A stretch of DNA of 63,990 bases, counting the filler, from Aduncisulcus paluster (lineage: Eukaryota), in NCBI GenBank assembly GCA_024181965.1. It is 9 parts of 9 records of this genome, joined end to end, with 100 filler letters (N's around TTAATTAATTAA, not from the genome) between each part and the next. Parts side by side here need not be neighbours in the genome. Positions count along the whole stretch, not along the records: positions 10,784 to 15,841 come from BQXS01000043.1; positions 15,942 to 21,374 come from BQXS01000044.1; 7 more parts are not named here. One strand, 5' to 3'. Of the stretch, positions 10,784-21,474 are shown piece after piece. Under the pieces are notes generated by a model. That model did not search any database. It was not told the DNA's origin and saw nothing but the letters and a program-made list of their open reading frames with translations. The stretch's first letter is position 1. Each line of letters begins with the position of its first letter. The position numbers and the translations under genes were made by a program.

Positions 10784-13700
10784 CAGGTTTGATGTCTCGA
10801 TGAATAAGCTTCTTCTTTGCCGTGAACACATCATCGAGACATTCAATCATGCCAACACATAGGGCGGCAACTTTCACGGGGTTCAGTGTCATGGGGTCAA
10901 ACAAAGTGGGGTCTTCATCTTCATCTTTTGAGGAAGTGTCAGACTCAGATTCTTCGTCATCCTTAGCACTCACATACTTGCCATCAGCACACCAACGCTT
11001 GGCAAACGCACTCACACTGCCTCCAACACAGAACTCCATCAAGAAGCCATACACACCTTTCATATCGCAATCAAGCAGGTCAAGGATATACAGAGGACGT
11101 GGGATACGGTTGAAACATTTGGGATTGTTGAACAACTTGAGTTGTACTTTGAACTCCTTCCGACACCCTTTCACAACAGTTTCATCCGCAATCCGAAGCA
11201 TCTTCTTCAGAACACATGGGAAAGGAATGCCATCAACTTTGACAAGAAGAACCTCTCCGAACCCACCACTGCCAATGATGCACTGGGGAGTGATGGTGGA
11301 TGCAGATGTCAGGGTTAGCGAGTCGTGCTTGGGGTTATACTTGGATTCTTCTCGGGATTTTGTCTTGGCTTCTTCCTTAACAGATATTGAAGGCTCCTTG
11401 GTTTTGGAAGAACTGGAAGGAACATGTGTAAGAATAGAAGAGGTAGGGATATCGTCATTTCGAATGAATATGAGAGATTGGATAGAGCTCCATCTACTTT
11501 TTTTATCACACCACGTCCCTTTCCCTTCAATCTCACACAATACAACATTTAACAAATCAATAGGAAGGAAATGCCATTCAAATTCATGTTTAGGTTGTGT
11601 GAATTCATATTTCTTTGACGTCTTCTTACCATCAGAATCAGTGAAAGTGAATAGAAGAGAGAGGGGACCATAATCTTTACCAATGCAGATATAGGCACCT
11701 TTCATAGAGGAAGGTGATATAAAAGGGATAGAAAGATGGGATAATGCTACACTCCCTCCCAAATTCACCATTTTCTTTGCATTTGAACTTTGATCATACC
11801 TTGTAGATTCCTTGCAATATGAGTCATCCTTTCCCATCACTTTAGAAAATGAAGGCCGTAATATTGATGAATGATCACGTGAAATAGGACAAGAAAATAT
11901 TCCTCCTTCTTTAATAAACTCTGATTTAGTAGGTAAAGTTGTAAGCCATAGATTTTCCTTGAACTTAAATTTTGATAATTCCACAGAGCGTGCTTCACGG
12001 ATGAAAAAGAGGGCTTTAATTTTAAAATTCGCACTTTTCTCTGAGCTTCCAACTATCTCGCACAGAACAACATCAGACAGATCGATTGATAGGAAATACC
12101 AACCATACCCATCACATTTCCTTTCAAAATCATATTTTTTAAACGTTATTTTTCTCTTAGAAGATGTAAAAGTGAAGATAAGACAATTCATAGGCAAATC
12201 ATCACGATTTAGACAGACATAGGCCCCTTTCAAAGGAGTAGGAGCAAAAGGGAGGGAGATCTCACTGAAGGGTATATCATTTACCTCTCCTTTCATCATA
12301 GCTTGTGCATAACGGCTTTGATTAGCACCAATTTCTTTTGATTCCTTCGTAGAATGTGCTTTGATGGTTGAAAACTCTGGATTTTTGATGTTGGGAGCAT
12401 CTCGCGGAATTGGACTATAATACCAAGCTCCTTCATGAATAAACGGGGGATTAACGGTTTGTATATCAAAAGATTGTTGTAAACTTGTTGACTTGGATAA
12501 AGAATCTTTGTCTGAGGAAAAGCCAGCACATTTCAGCGACCTTGATGTTATTTTGGGAGCAATGTCAATGTCAGCATAACCTCGAAGGAAAACAAGGGAG
12601 TAGATAATGAAATGTCGACAATTCTTCACATCCCACGTTCCTTTCCCTTCAATCTCACACAATACAACATTATACAAATCAATAGGAAGGAAATGCCATT
12701 CATATATATGTTTAGGTCTTGTGAATTCATACTTCTTGTATGTCTTCTTACCATCACAATCAGTGAAAGTGAAGAGGAGACAGGGTGAACTAGTATACTT
12801 ATTCACACAGATATAAGCACCTTTCATTGGACTAGGTGATGGGAAAGGGATGGAAAGATGGGATAAGAGTACATCATCTTCCCCTTTTAACATTTTTTGT
12901 GCTTCTGAACTCCGATCATACCCCTTAGATTCCTTGCTCTTCGAATCATTCTTGCACTTAACCATTGAAAATGAAGGATCTACAAGCTTTGGATCATCAC
13001 GTGGAATGGGAATAGAATCTTTCCCAAAAGATTTTTCATCTCCTTCCTTAACAAACTCTGGTTTCACAACAGGAGCTTCAGACCATAGTTTCTCTCTGGC
13101 TTCACGANNNNNNNNNNNNNNNNNNNNATAAGCACCTTTCATTGGACTAGGTGATGGGAAAGGGATGGAAAGATGGGATAAGAGTACATCATCTTCCCCT
13201 TTTAACATTTTTTGTGCTTCTGAACTCCGATCATACCCCTTAGATTCCTTGCTCTTCGAATCATTCTTGCACTTAACCATTGAAAATGAAGGATCTACAA
13301 GCTTTGGATCATCACGTGGAATGGGAATAGAATCTTTCCCAAAAGATTTTTCATCTCCTTCCTTAACAAACTCTGGTTTCACAACAGGAGCTTCAGACCA
13401 TAGTTTCTCTCTGGCTTCACGAGATGCGATTTCTTCAGGAGTTTCTTCTCTACTAATGAAAACAAGGGATTCGATTCCAAAATACTCTTTCTTTCTCCCT
13501 TTCCCTGTAATCTCACACAGAACAACATCAGGGAGATCAACAGGAAGGAAATACCAGCTAAAATTTCCTTTTAATCCAGGAAATTCGTATTTCTTGGATG
13601 TTTTATCACCCTTTGTAGATGTGAGGGTGAAGATAAGGTGTGATGGAGGAAATATAGAAAAACCACATAGACAGATATAGGCCCCTTTCATTGGGGAAAA

Positions 13701-13949
13701 CGAAGAGAAAGGAATGGAGATATGGGTAAAACATTCATTATTATACTCTCCTTTCACCATCTTTTTTGCTTCAAAACTCTGATCGTACTTTTTATCATCT
13801 TCTTCCTTGGTTCCATTAATTGCTTTGATAATTGGAAGCTCTGCACCCTTAACATTGGGGGCATCTCTAGGAATTGGACAACAACAACCCGATCCTTCAT
13901 GAATAAACACAGGTTCCACAGTTTGAACTACACTTTCAGTTGAACCCAT
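10784..13949 (-). CDS. Variable-domain family protein kinase: four ~165-aa domains plus the start of a Ser/Thr-type kinase domain (3' truncated by contig end)
   Basis: MGSTES start; IGSGGFGEV, VLKKM, KEFKVQ, LMEFCVGG, HRDIKP. The duplication around gap 13108-13127 is an artefact. Confidence 0.9.
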
Positions 13950-14084
13950 TTGAATAGAGATAGAATATTATACCTAGAATAAAAATAGAATAATTATGAA
14001 TTTTAAGGAGAACAGTCCGAGAAACAAAGACAAAGATCAAACGAAAAAGAAACGACCATACAGCACAATATAGTTAGTATAATT

Positions 14085-14822
14085 GAATGAATCCGGTTAA
14101 AATATTTCTTAATATACATTTAATAAAAGATATGACATATAGAAAACATACAATTTGCTTGTACGACGAGAAAAAATGGAGGACTGAACAAGCAACTCTT
14201 CAATAGATAAGATTGGAAACTTTAAAAACACACATATAAACGGGTTAAATGCTGGTAAATGATAAAAACATGTTTTATTTTCATTTCCATGCCATGGTGT
14301 TTATTCTCGATATCTCAGGCTTTTGGAGACCCATCAGGACTGGATATAGTTCCATTTCACGTGTTAAGAACATTTATGAACGATTTCAATTTTATTCAAT
14401 AACATGGATATATTTCCATTTCATTTCTATCCTTATCCTTGCCTTTCTGTGCATTTTCACTCGCTTTTGCTTACAATCAAAAATATCAAGAACTCGGAAT
14501 ACGATGGTATACATATGTCTGTATACTGCNNNNNNNNNNNNNNNNNNNNGACCCATCAGGACTGGATATAGTTCCATTTCACGTGTTAAGAACATTTATG
14601 AACGATTTCAATTTTATTCAATAACATGGATATATTTCCATTTCATTTCTATCCTTATCCTTGCCTTTCTGTTCATTTTCACTCGCTTTTGCTTACAATC
14701 AAAAATATCAAGAACTCGGAATACGATGGTATACATATGTCTGTATACTGCTACGAATCTAATCCCCTGATGCTCCATGGAACATGACATTTCCTCCTTT
14801 CCTACCAACTCCAACTCCAATG
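14085..14822. repeat. Dispersed non-coding repeat, copy 3
   Basis: Same sequence as ~10137-10683 with a small internal deletion; internal duplication around gap 14530-14549. Confidence 0.88.
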
Positions 14823-15271
14823 CCAGATCCTGATCATCCCATACATTTAATACTGAGATTTGTGCTATTTCACCCTAGATTGACAATATGACAATCATGG
14901 AAAGTGATATCGTAGGTTTTTGAATTTTGTATTGAATCGGTCATGCAATGGAAGCGAATAGATGTACAGAACTAGAAGTACTACATATTGTACTACAATA
15001 TCCATGTGTAAGTAGTATATGATATCAATTCAAAGAAATGTTTACTTCATAAAAATGGAACAGTAATAACAGTAACAGAAATAATAATACAGAATAGAGA
15101 ATAGAGAATAGAGAACAATTCCAAACAAGGCGCCAAAGTTCAATAATAATGTCTCATCGTGAAGGAGAGTATGCAACATGTTCAACCTTCAACCTTCAAC
15201 CTTTGAATGAACTCTTCTCTCAAATTGTTCCAGTAAGAATAAAATTTTACATCAGAATCTTTCCACATCAC

Positions 15272-15841
15272 TCACTGACTCTGATCCCAACCTTCCTCAT
15301 GCTCAACACCAACAACATCGCATCTCATTCCTTCAATGGTTCCAACAGAGCCACCATACTTCTTGCGTTGCTCACGGATAATGGCTTCAATGCTTGGACA
15401 GTCATAGTCTTCGCCAATCGTGGGAAGGAAAGGTTTGATGCATTGGACTTTCACACGAGCTTCATGCACTCTCATACGTTTGTCAACATCAAGCAGAGTG
15501 AGACCTGTGAATACTTCATTCAACACTTTATGAACAGGTTCGTACTTGCCATCCTCAATGGTCAAAAGGGTTTTGAAAAGGGAAGAACTGGAGAGTTTAG
15601 GGGTCATCCCAGATGTCATCAGCTGAGAGAGTTTTGTCATGAATTGAATGCTATCAATTATCCCACGAAGACCTGGGTGACCGAGAAATGGCGGAAGACA
15701 AGTGAATAAAGAAAGGATAGATAATCCAAGAGAATATCCATCACTACTCTGGGTTTGAAGACCTTCCATTAACGTTTCATACGAGTTGTAAACAAGAGTT
15801 CCACAATTTGAACTGATATCTTCTTCTCCTTCGTCTTGAGG
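15272..15841 (-). CDS. Protein kinase C-terminal lobe (5' truncated), probably the previous member of the same kinase family
   Basis: Open from the contig edge: CGTLVYNSYE (subdomain VIII), SDGYSLG (IX), DVDKRM (XI). Confidence 0.85.
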   Translation of the reverse strand, partial: PQDEGEEDISSNCGTLVYNSYETLMEGLQTQSSDGYSLGLSILSLFTCLPPFLGHPGLRGIIDSIQFMTKLSQLMTSGMTPKLSSSSLFKTLLTIEDGKYEPVHKVLNEVFTGLTLLDVDKRMRVHEARVKVQCIKPFLPTIGEDYDCPSIEAIIREQRKKYGGSVGTIEGMRCDVVGVEHEEGWDQSQ

Positions 15842-15941
15842 NNNNNNNNNNNNNNNNNNNNNNNNNNNNNNNNNNNNNNNNNNNNTTAATTAATTAANNN
15901 NNNNNNNNNNNNNNNNNNNNNNNNNNNNNNNNNNNNNNNNN

Positions 15942-17908
15942 ACTTCAGATAACCCGCACCCACTGACAGACAAGGATGTAAGACCGGAATCAATGGAACC
16001 ATAATCATTTGAATAACTCACTGCCTTTGCTAAGATCTGAACAACCAGTTTATCATACTCGGCGTTAGAATTAGTATCTCCACTCAAGTCATATCCATCA
16101 AGGGTCAAAGAGGTCAGTGAAGTGGCATACTCAAGACCTTGAAGTGTGGTGAGCTCTGTAACATCAGAGATGTTTGAGCTATAGGAAACAATATCAGAGA
16201 GGGAGAGCGAGGTACAGGTGAGAGCACTCCTCAGGGTAGCAACACTGATGATACCATTAGTTTCAATGTCATCGGCAGTCAAACATGAATTGGTTTCATC
16301 AGAGAGGTATGTTCTAAGTTCATCGTCATGAACAGTGTAACACTCACCACTATCACCTTCCTTGGCAATGAACGCACATTCTTTAGAATCAACCCCGTCA
16401 AGACTGTTGTACACCTCATTCAGGACAACGGAAGGACACTGGTCGTATGTATCGGGATCACAGTAATAAGGAGTGTTTCCAGCATCGTCGTTAAGAGGAC
16501 AGCTGTTGGGGAGATAATACTGATCCAAAGAAGAAGAATTTGTATCAAAGGTAGCAAACACGGCAGAAAGGAATGTTTGATATTCGGTATCCGTCTCTGA
16601 ACGACAAATAGGAATTCTAGCTATTGTATAATCAGTGTTAGCGACAGGGAGCATAGCTATTCCGATATTTCTGAATAGCACAGAAATATCGTAGATGGAC
16701 TCATTTCCGGCAATGTCGACATAATACAGCCTATTCATTACGTATAAAGAGGAAATATCATAGACATTGGTGCTGTAATCCGTGTCATCTGTCTGGTAGG
16801 GATGCAAGGAGTAAAGCTGAGAAAGGGCAGAAAAAGGAGCCACACTGGTGATATCGGTGAAGTGGCAATAAAATTCGGAAATATTAATTAATTTTTGGGC
16901 ACCCTCAAAGGTCTTAATATTCATGTAACCCAAATCAATTGATCCAGAAAATGTGGCCATCTCGAATTCTGTAAGATCACAGAGCGCATCGGCATATCCA
17001 TAAGCTTCACATCCCTTTTCTCTAAAGATCTGGTCAGGGATATGAACAGAGAACATGTCGTCACAAGTATCCCCATACCACTCCACTCGGCAGCCAAGTT
17101 CAGGAGCATCACCTCCATCCTCAAAAATACACATATAATTTCCATCAATATACGCAGAACACTCTAAACCAGAGTCTAAGACACATGATAACGTGCTCTC
17201 ATCAAAGTAATACCCAGACTCACATTCAGCCGCATAACGGCCAGATGAAATCTCGGTACACTCCAAATGATCATCCTCAGAAAGATAACGACCACATTCA
17301 ACAGAAAATCCATACTGGCAGTTGTCTCCACTGTATCCAGTGTCACATTCGCCATAGACAGATTGGAGAACGGTGAGAAACGCGAAGATGAAGAACAGAG
17401 AGTCAATTGATGCCATACGCTTATAAGGTACCGATATAAGGGGTACTGATGGAAATATACCCATAAATATCATTGACCTGAGGAAAATTATAACACTCAG
17501 GCCGAGCAAAACAATAGAGTAAAATGGTTTGAGAGAGGGCTTCTCAATGGTAAGAGAATCAGGAACATCGACGCTAAGGCAAAGATCTGGTCGAAAAAAG
17601 ATAGAATAATCAGCAAAATGATCAAATGGTTCCTTTATCATAAGATTTGACAATGTTTTGTCATTCAAAGTTTGTGGAATCGAGAGATATGAATATCCAG
17701 AAAAATCTCTTATAATAGGAAAAAATAAAGAATGGTTTAAGTCAAGCATTGATTGGAATTGACCTTGGTGGTGAATAGAAGTCCTGGCCAGAAATTCTGG
17801 TATCGAATTACAGGAAAGGACAAATATGGTGGTTAATAAAATAAAAAATGGAATAAATAAAAAGGAAAAAACATTGTATTTCATTTTTCGCAATGTAAAA
17901 TTCGACAT
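15942..17908 (-). CDS. Cys-rich EGF-like/LRR surface protein, N-terminal part (3' truncated)
   Basis: Hydrophobic leader, CDTGYSGDNC and CRVEWYGDTC EGF-like motifs, IPDQIFREK cap, LQGLEYATSLTSLTL LRR. Start at 17908 or 17884. Confidence 0.8.
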
Positions 17909-19339
17909 AATTTGAAATAACAGCCAAAAAAAAAACAAAAAAAAAATAACGAAACTCAGTGAGTGTTGACTAAATTAAATGTTGTTTTGAGGATGAAAGT
18001 TTGTTATAATTAATGGATTTAATGAGAAAATTGTTTTTCTAATTTTCAATGTTTGGTTATTCGAAATTCAGTTTCAGTTCCATTTTTGGCGCTTAGCTAG
18101 ATAAAATAAAAAATAAAAAAAATTGAATTTCATTTTTCGCAATGTAAAATTCGACATAATTTGAAATAACAGCCAAAAAAAAAACAAAAAAAAAATAACG
18201 AAACTCAGTGAGTGTTGACTAAATTAAATGTTGTTTTGAGGATGAAAGTTTGTTATAATTAATGGATTTAATGAGAAAATTGTTTTTCTAATTTTCAATG
18301 TTTGGTTATTCGAAATTCAGTTTCAGTTCCATTTTTGGCGCTTAGCTAGNNNNNNNNNNNNNNNNNNNNNNNNNNNNNNNNNNNNNNNNNNNNNNNNNNN
18401 NNNNNNNNNNNNNNNNNNNNNNNNNNNNNNNNNNNNNNNNNNNNNNNNNNNNNNNNNNNNNNNNNNNNNNNNNNNNNNNNNNNNNNNNNNNNNNNNNNNN
18501 NNNNNNNNNNNNNNNNNNNNNNNNNNNNNNNNNNNNNNNNNNNNNNNNNNNNNNNNNNNNNNNNNNNNNNNNNNNNNNNNNNNNNNNNNNNNNNNNNNNN
18601 NNNNNNNNNNNNNNNNNNNNNNNNNNNNNNNNNNNNNNNNNNNNNNNNNNNNNNNNNNNNNNNNNNNNNNNNNNNNNNNNNNNNNNNNNNNNNNNNNNNN
18701 NNNNNNNNNNNNNNNNNNNNNNNNNNNNNNNNNNNNNNNNNNNNNNNNNNNNNNNNNNNNNNNNNNNNNNNNNNNNNNNNNNNNNNNNNNNNNNNNNNNN
18801 NNNNNNNNNNNNNNNNNNNNNNNNNNNNNNNNNNNNNNNNNNNNNNNNNNNNNNNNNNNNNNNNNNNNNNNNNNNNNNNNNNNNNNNNNNNNNNNNNNNN
18901 NNNNNNNNNNNNNNNNNNNNNNNNNNNNNNNNNNNNNNNNNNNNNNNNNNNNNNNNNNNNNNNNNNNNNNNNNNNNNNNNNNNNNNNNNNNNNNNNNNNN
19001 NNNNNNNNNNNNNNNNNNNNNNNNNNNNNNNNNNNNNNNNNNNNNNNNNNNNNNNNNNNNNNNNNNNNNNNNNNNNNNNNNNNNNNNNNNNNNNNNNNNN
19101 NNNNNNNNNNNNNNNNNNNNNNNNNNNNNNNNNNNNNNNNNNNNNNNNNNNNNNNNNNNNNNNNNNNNNNNNNNNNNNNNNNNNNNNNNNNNNNNNNNNN
19201 NNNNNNNNNNNNNNNNNNNNNNNNNNNNNNNNNNNNNNNNNNNNNNNNNNNNNNNNNNNNNNNNNNNNNNNNNNNNNNNNNNNNNNNNNNNNNNNNNNNN
19301 NNNNNNNNNNNNNNNNNNNNNNNNNNNNNNNNNNNNNNN

Positions 19340-19900
19340 CATCGACGCTAAGGCAAAGATCTGGTCGAAAAAAGATAGAATAATCAGCAAAATGATCAAA
19401 TGGTTCCTTTATCATAAGATTTGACAATGTTTTGTCATTCAAAGTTTGTGGAATCGAGAGATATGAATATCCAGAAAAATCTCTTATAATAGGAAAAAAT
19501 AAAGAATGGTTTAAGTCAAGCATTGATTGGAATTGACCTTGGTGGTGAATAGAAGTCCTGGCCAGAAATTCTGGTATCGAATTACAGGAAAGGACAAATA
19601 TGGTGGTTAATAAAATAAAAAATGGAATAAATAAAAAGGAAAAAACATTGTATTTCATTTTTCGCAATGTAAAATTCGACATAATTTGAAATAACAGCCA
19701 AAAAAAAAACAAAAAAAAAATAACGAAACTCAGTGAGTGTTGACTAAATTAAATGTTGTTTTGAGGATGAAAGTTTGTTATAATTAATGGATTTAATGAG
19801 AAAATTGTTTTTCTAATTTTCAATGTTTGGTTATTCGAAATTCAGTTTCAGTTCCATTTTTGGCGCTTAGCTAGATAAAATAAAAAATAAAAAAAATTGA
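19340..19900. repeat. Exact duplicate of ~17568-18125 across a 990-N gap (18126-18349 also repeats part of it); probable assembly redundancy
   Basis: Appears identical on reading and sits next to a gap. Confidence 0.8.
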
Positions 19901-20054
19901 ATTATATGAAAAAAGTCAAGAAAAAGGGCCAAATTCCTAATTAAAAATGTATCAGCATGACAACTTGTCGATGGAATCGACGATTCCGAATCGTTAAACG
20001 ATGACCTAATTATCGTTTATCATAAAATACTTGTTTATTTATGTATTATCAATC

Positions 20055-21374
20055 TTATTTTGGGTTTAATACTTGAGGTGGGGGTGTAAAGCTGACAGAG
20101 CTTGAAGGAGTATCAGATTGGTGAGCTCGAATACCTCCCTTCGCCAAAAGACGAGTTCTAGCAGATTGTCTCGCACTAGGCCGCACAGGTCTCCTTCTTC
20201 CGGCCCTAGTCAGACTATCCGATGAAGGAAGAGTCGAGGAAACTTGTTGGGAAGGTTGGTCAGAAGGAATTGAAGTCGCAGCAGGAACAATCCCTGAGCC
20301 CATAGGTTGTGGCATTGGCATGGGATTAATTGGAGCCCCAGATACCTTAGGAGGCATTCCACTCATCAAAGGATTTGGACCTGTTGGGACCATTGGAGTC
20401 TGTTGAATCGATGTTTGAATAGGTTGGTGGGATACTGGAAGGCTTGGCTTTGGAAGAGATTCAGATTCAGTTCTTCCAGGAACAGGGAAAGTCGCAGAAG
20501 GCATCGAAGGAGTGATCTGAGCTGGAGTAGTTTGAGAAGGAGGTATACCATGTGGGGCGACAATACTCGGTATTGGGTTGAAGAAGGCAGCAGGTTGTTG
20601 AACGGGCTTTGTTTCTGAAGTTGACGATGGTATAGGCATTAAAGAAGGCTGTCCAGGCATTAAAGAAGGCTGTACAGGCACCATTGCTGGTTTAGCAGGA
20701 ACTCCTTGCCTTGGCATGGTGGGAATGACAGGAAAAGTTGAAGGGAAGGCATGGTGTGGGTGTTCAGCTGAAGTTGAAGTTGAAGCTGGAGGAGGGGAGA
20801 CATATGAAGAGCCTCCGGAGAGTTGAGTTGTGATTGACGTTGGTTTGACAACCTCACTTACATCATCTTCTTTTTTCTTCTGAACAATCTCACTCATCTT
20901 TGGAGGAGGAGGAGCTGCTTTCTTCACAATTTTTTCAATCATATTTCCTTTCTTATCAACACGAATATAACAGTTATGCTCAGTGCTAAAGATCGTCTTG
21001 CTAGATGATCCAAGATCAGCCTGTTTCACCTTATCTTTCTTGCTACGACCGAACAAACGCCGTAAAAAGCCAGTATCTTCACCTTCTCTATCTTCCTCAT
21101 TTCCAGCATTATCGGCATCAGTTTGGGTCTTATCGGGCACCTTAAATAGATCATTCTCATCTTCCTCCTCAGATCCTTGGAGATTTGCACCAGTAGAAGC
21201 CATCGTTGACTGAGGTTGAGCTTTCTGAGCTGGGGCCATAGCTTTGTCACCAATAGACTGTTCATCTTCCTCTTCTGTCTCATAGGTATATTCGCTGCTC
21301 TCTGTCTCTCCGCCTTGACGATCAATATCATCCCTATCGGCCTGGTTAGGGTTTGAATCGCTTGTTTCAGTCCC
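20055..21374 (-). CDS. Sec16-like protein, C-terminal part (5' truncated)
   Basis: Frame open to the contig edge. GFLRRLFG...KQADLGSSSKTIFSTEHNCYI...AAPPPPK resembles the Sec16 C-terminal AxLGEENxFYYDxxLKRWV...PPPP motif; Pro-rich tail follows. Confidence 0.55.
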   Translation of the reverse strand, partial: GTETSDSNPNQADRDDIDRQGGETESSEYTYETEEEDEQSIGDKAMAPAQKAQPQSTMASTGANLQGSEEEDENDLFKVPDKTQTDADNAGNEEDREGEDTGFLRRLFGRSKKDKVKQADLGSSSKTIFSTEHNCYIRVDKKGNMIEKIVKKAAPPPPKMSEIVQKKKEDDVSEVVKPTSITTQLSGGSSYVSPPPASTSTSAEHPHHAFPSTFPVIPTMPRQGVPAKPAMVPVQPSLMPGQPSLMPIPSSTSETKPVQQPAAFFNPIPSIVAPHGIPPSQTTPAQITPSMPSATFPVPGRTESESLPKPSLPVSHQPIQTSIQQTPMVPTGPNPLMSGMPPKVSGAPINPMPMPQPMGSGIVPAATSIPSDQPSQQVSSTLPSSDSLTRAGRRRPVRPSARQSARTRLLAKGGIRAHQSDTPSSSVSFTPPPQVLNPK

Positions 21375-21474
21375 NNNNNNNNNNNNNNNNNNNNNNNNNN
21401 NNNNNNNNNNNNNNNNNNTTAATTAATTAANNNNNNNNNNNNNNNNNNNNNNNNNNNNNNNNNNNNNNNNNNNN

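Noticed and set aside
18323-19712. Long ORFs across the 990-N gap; second LRR gene copy
   Set aside because: Mostly X; the real part duplicates 17568-18125 next to a gap.
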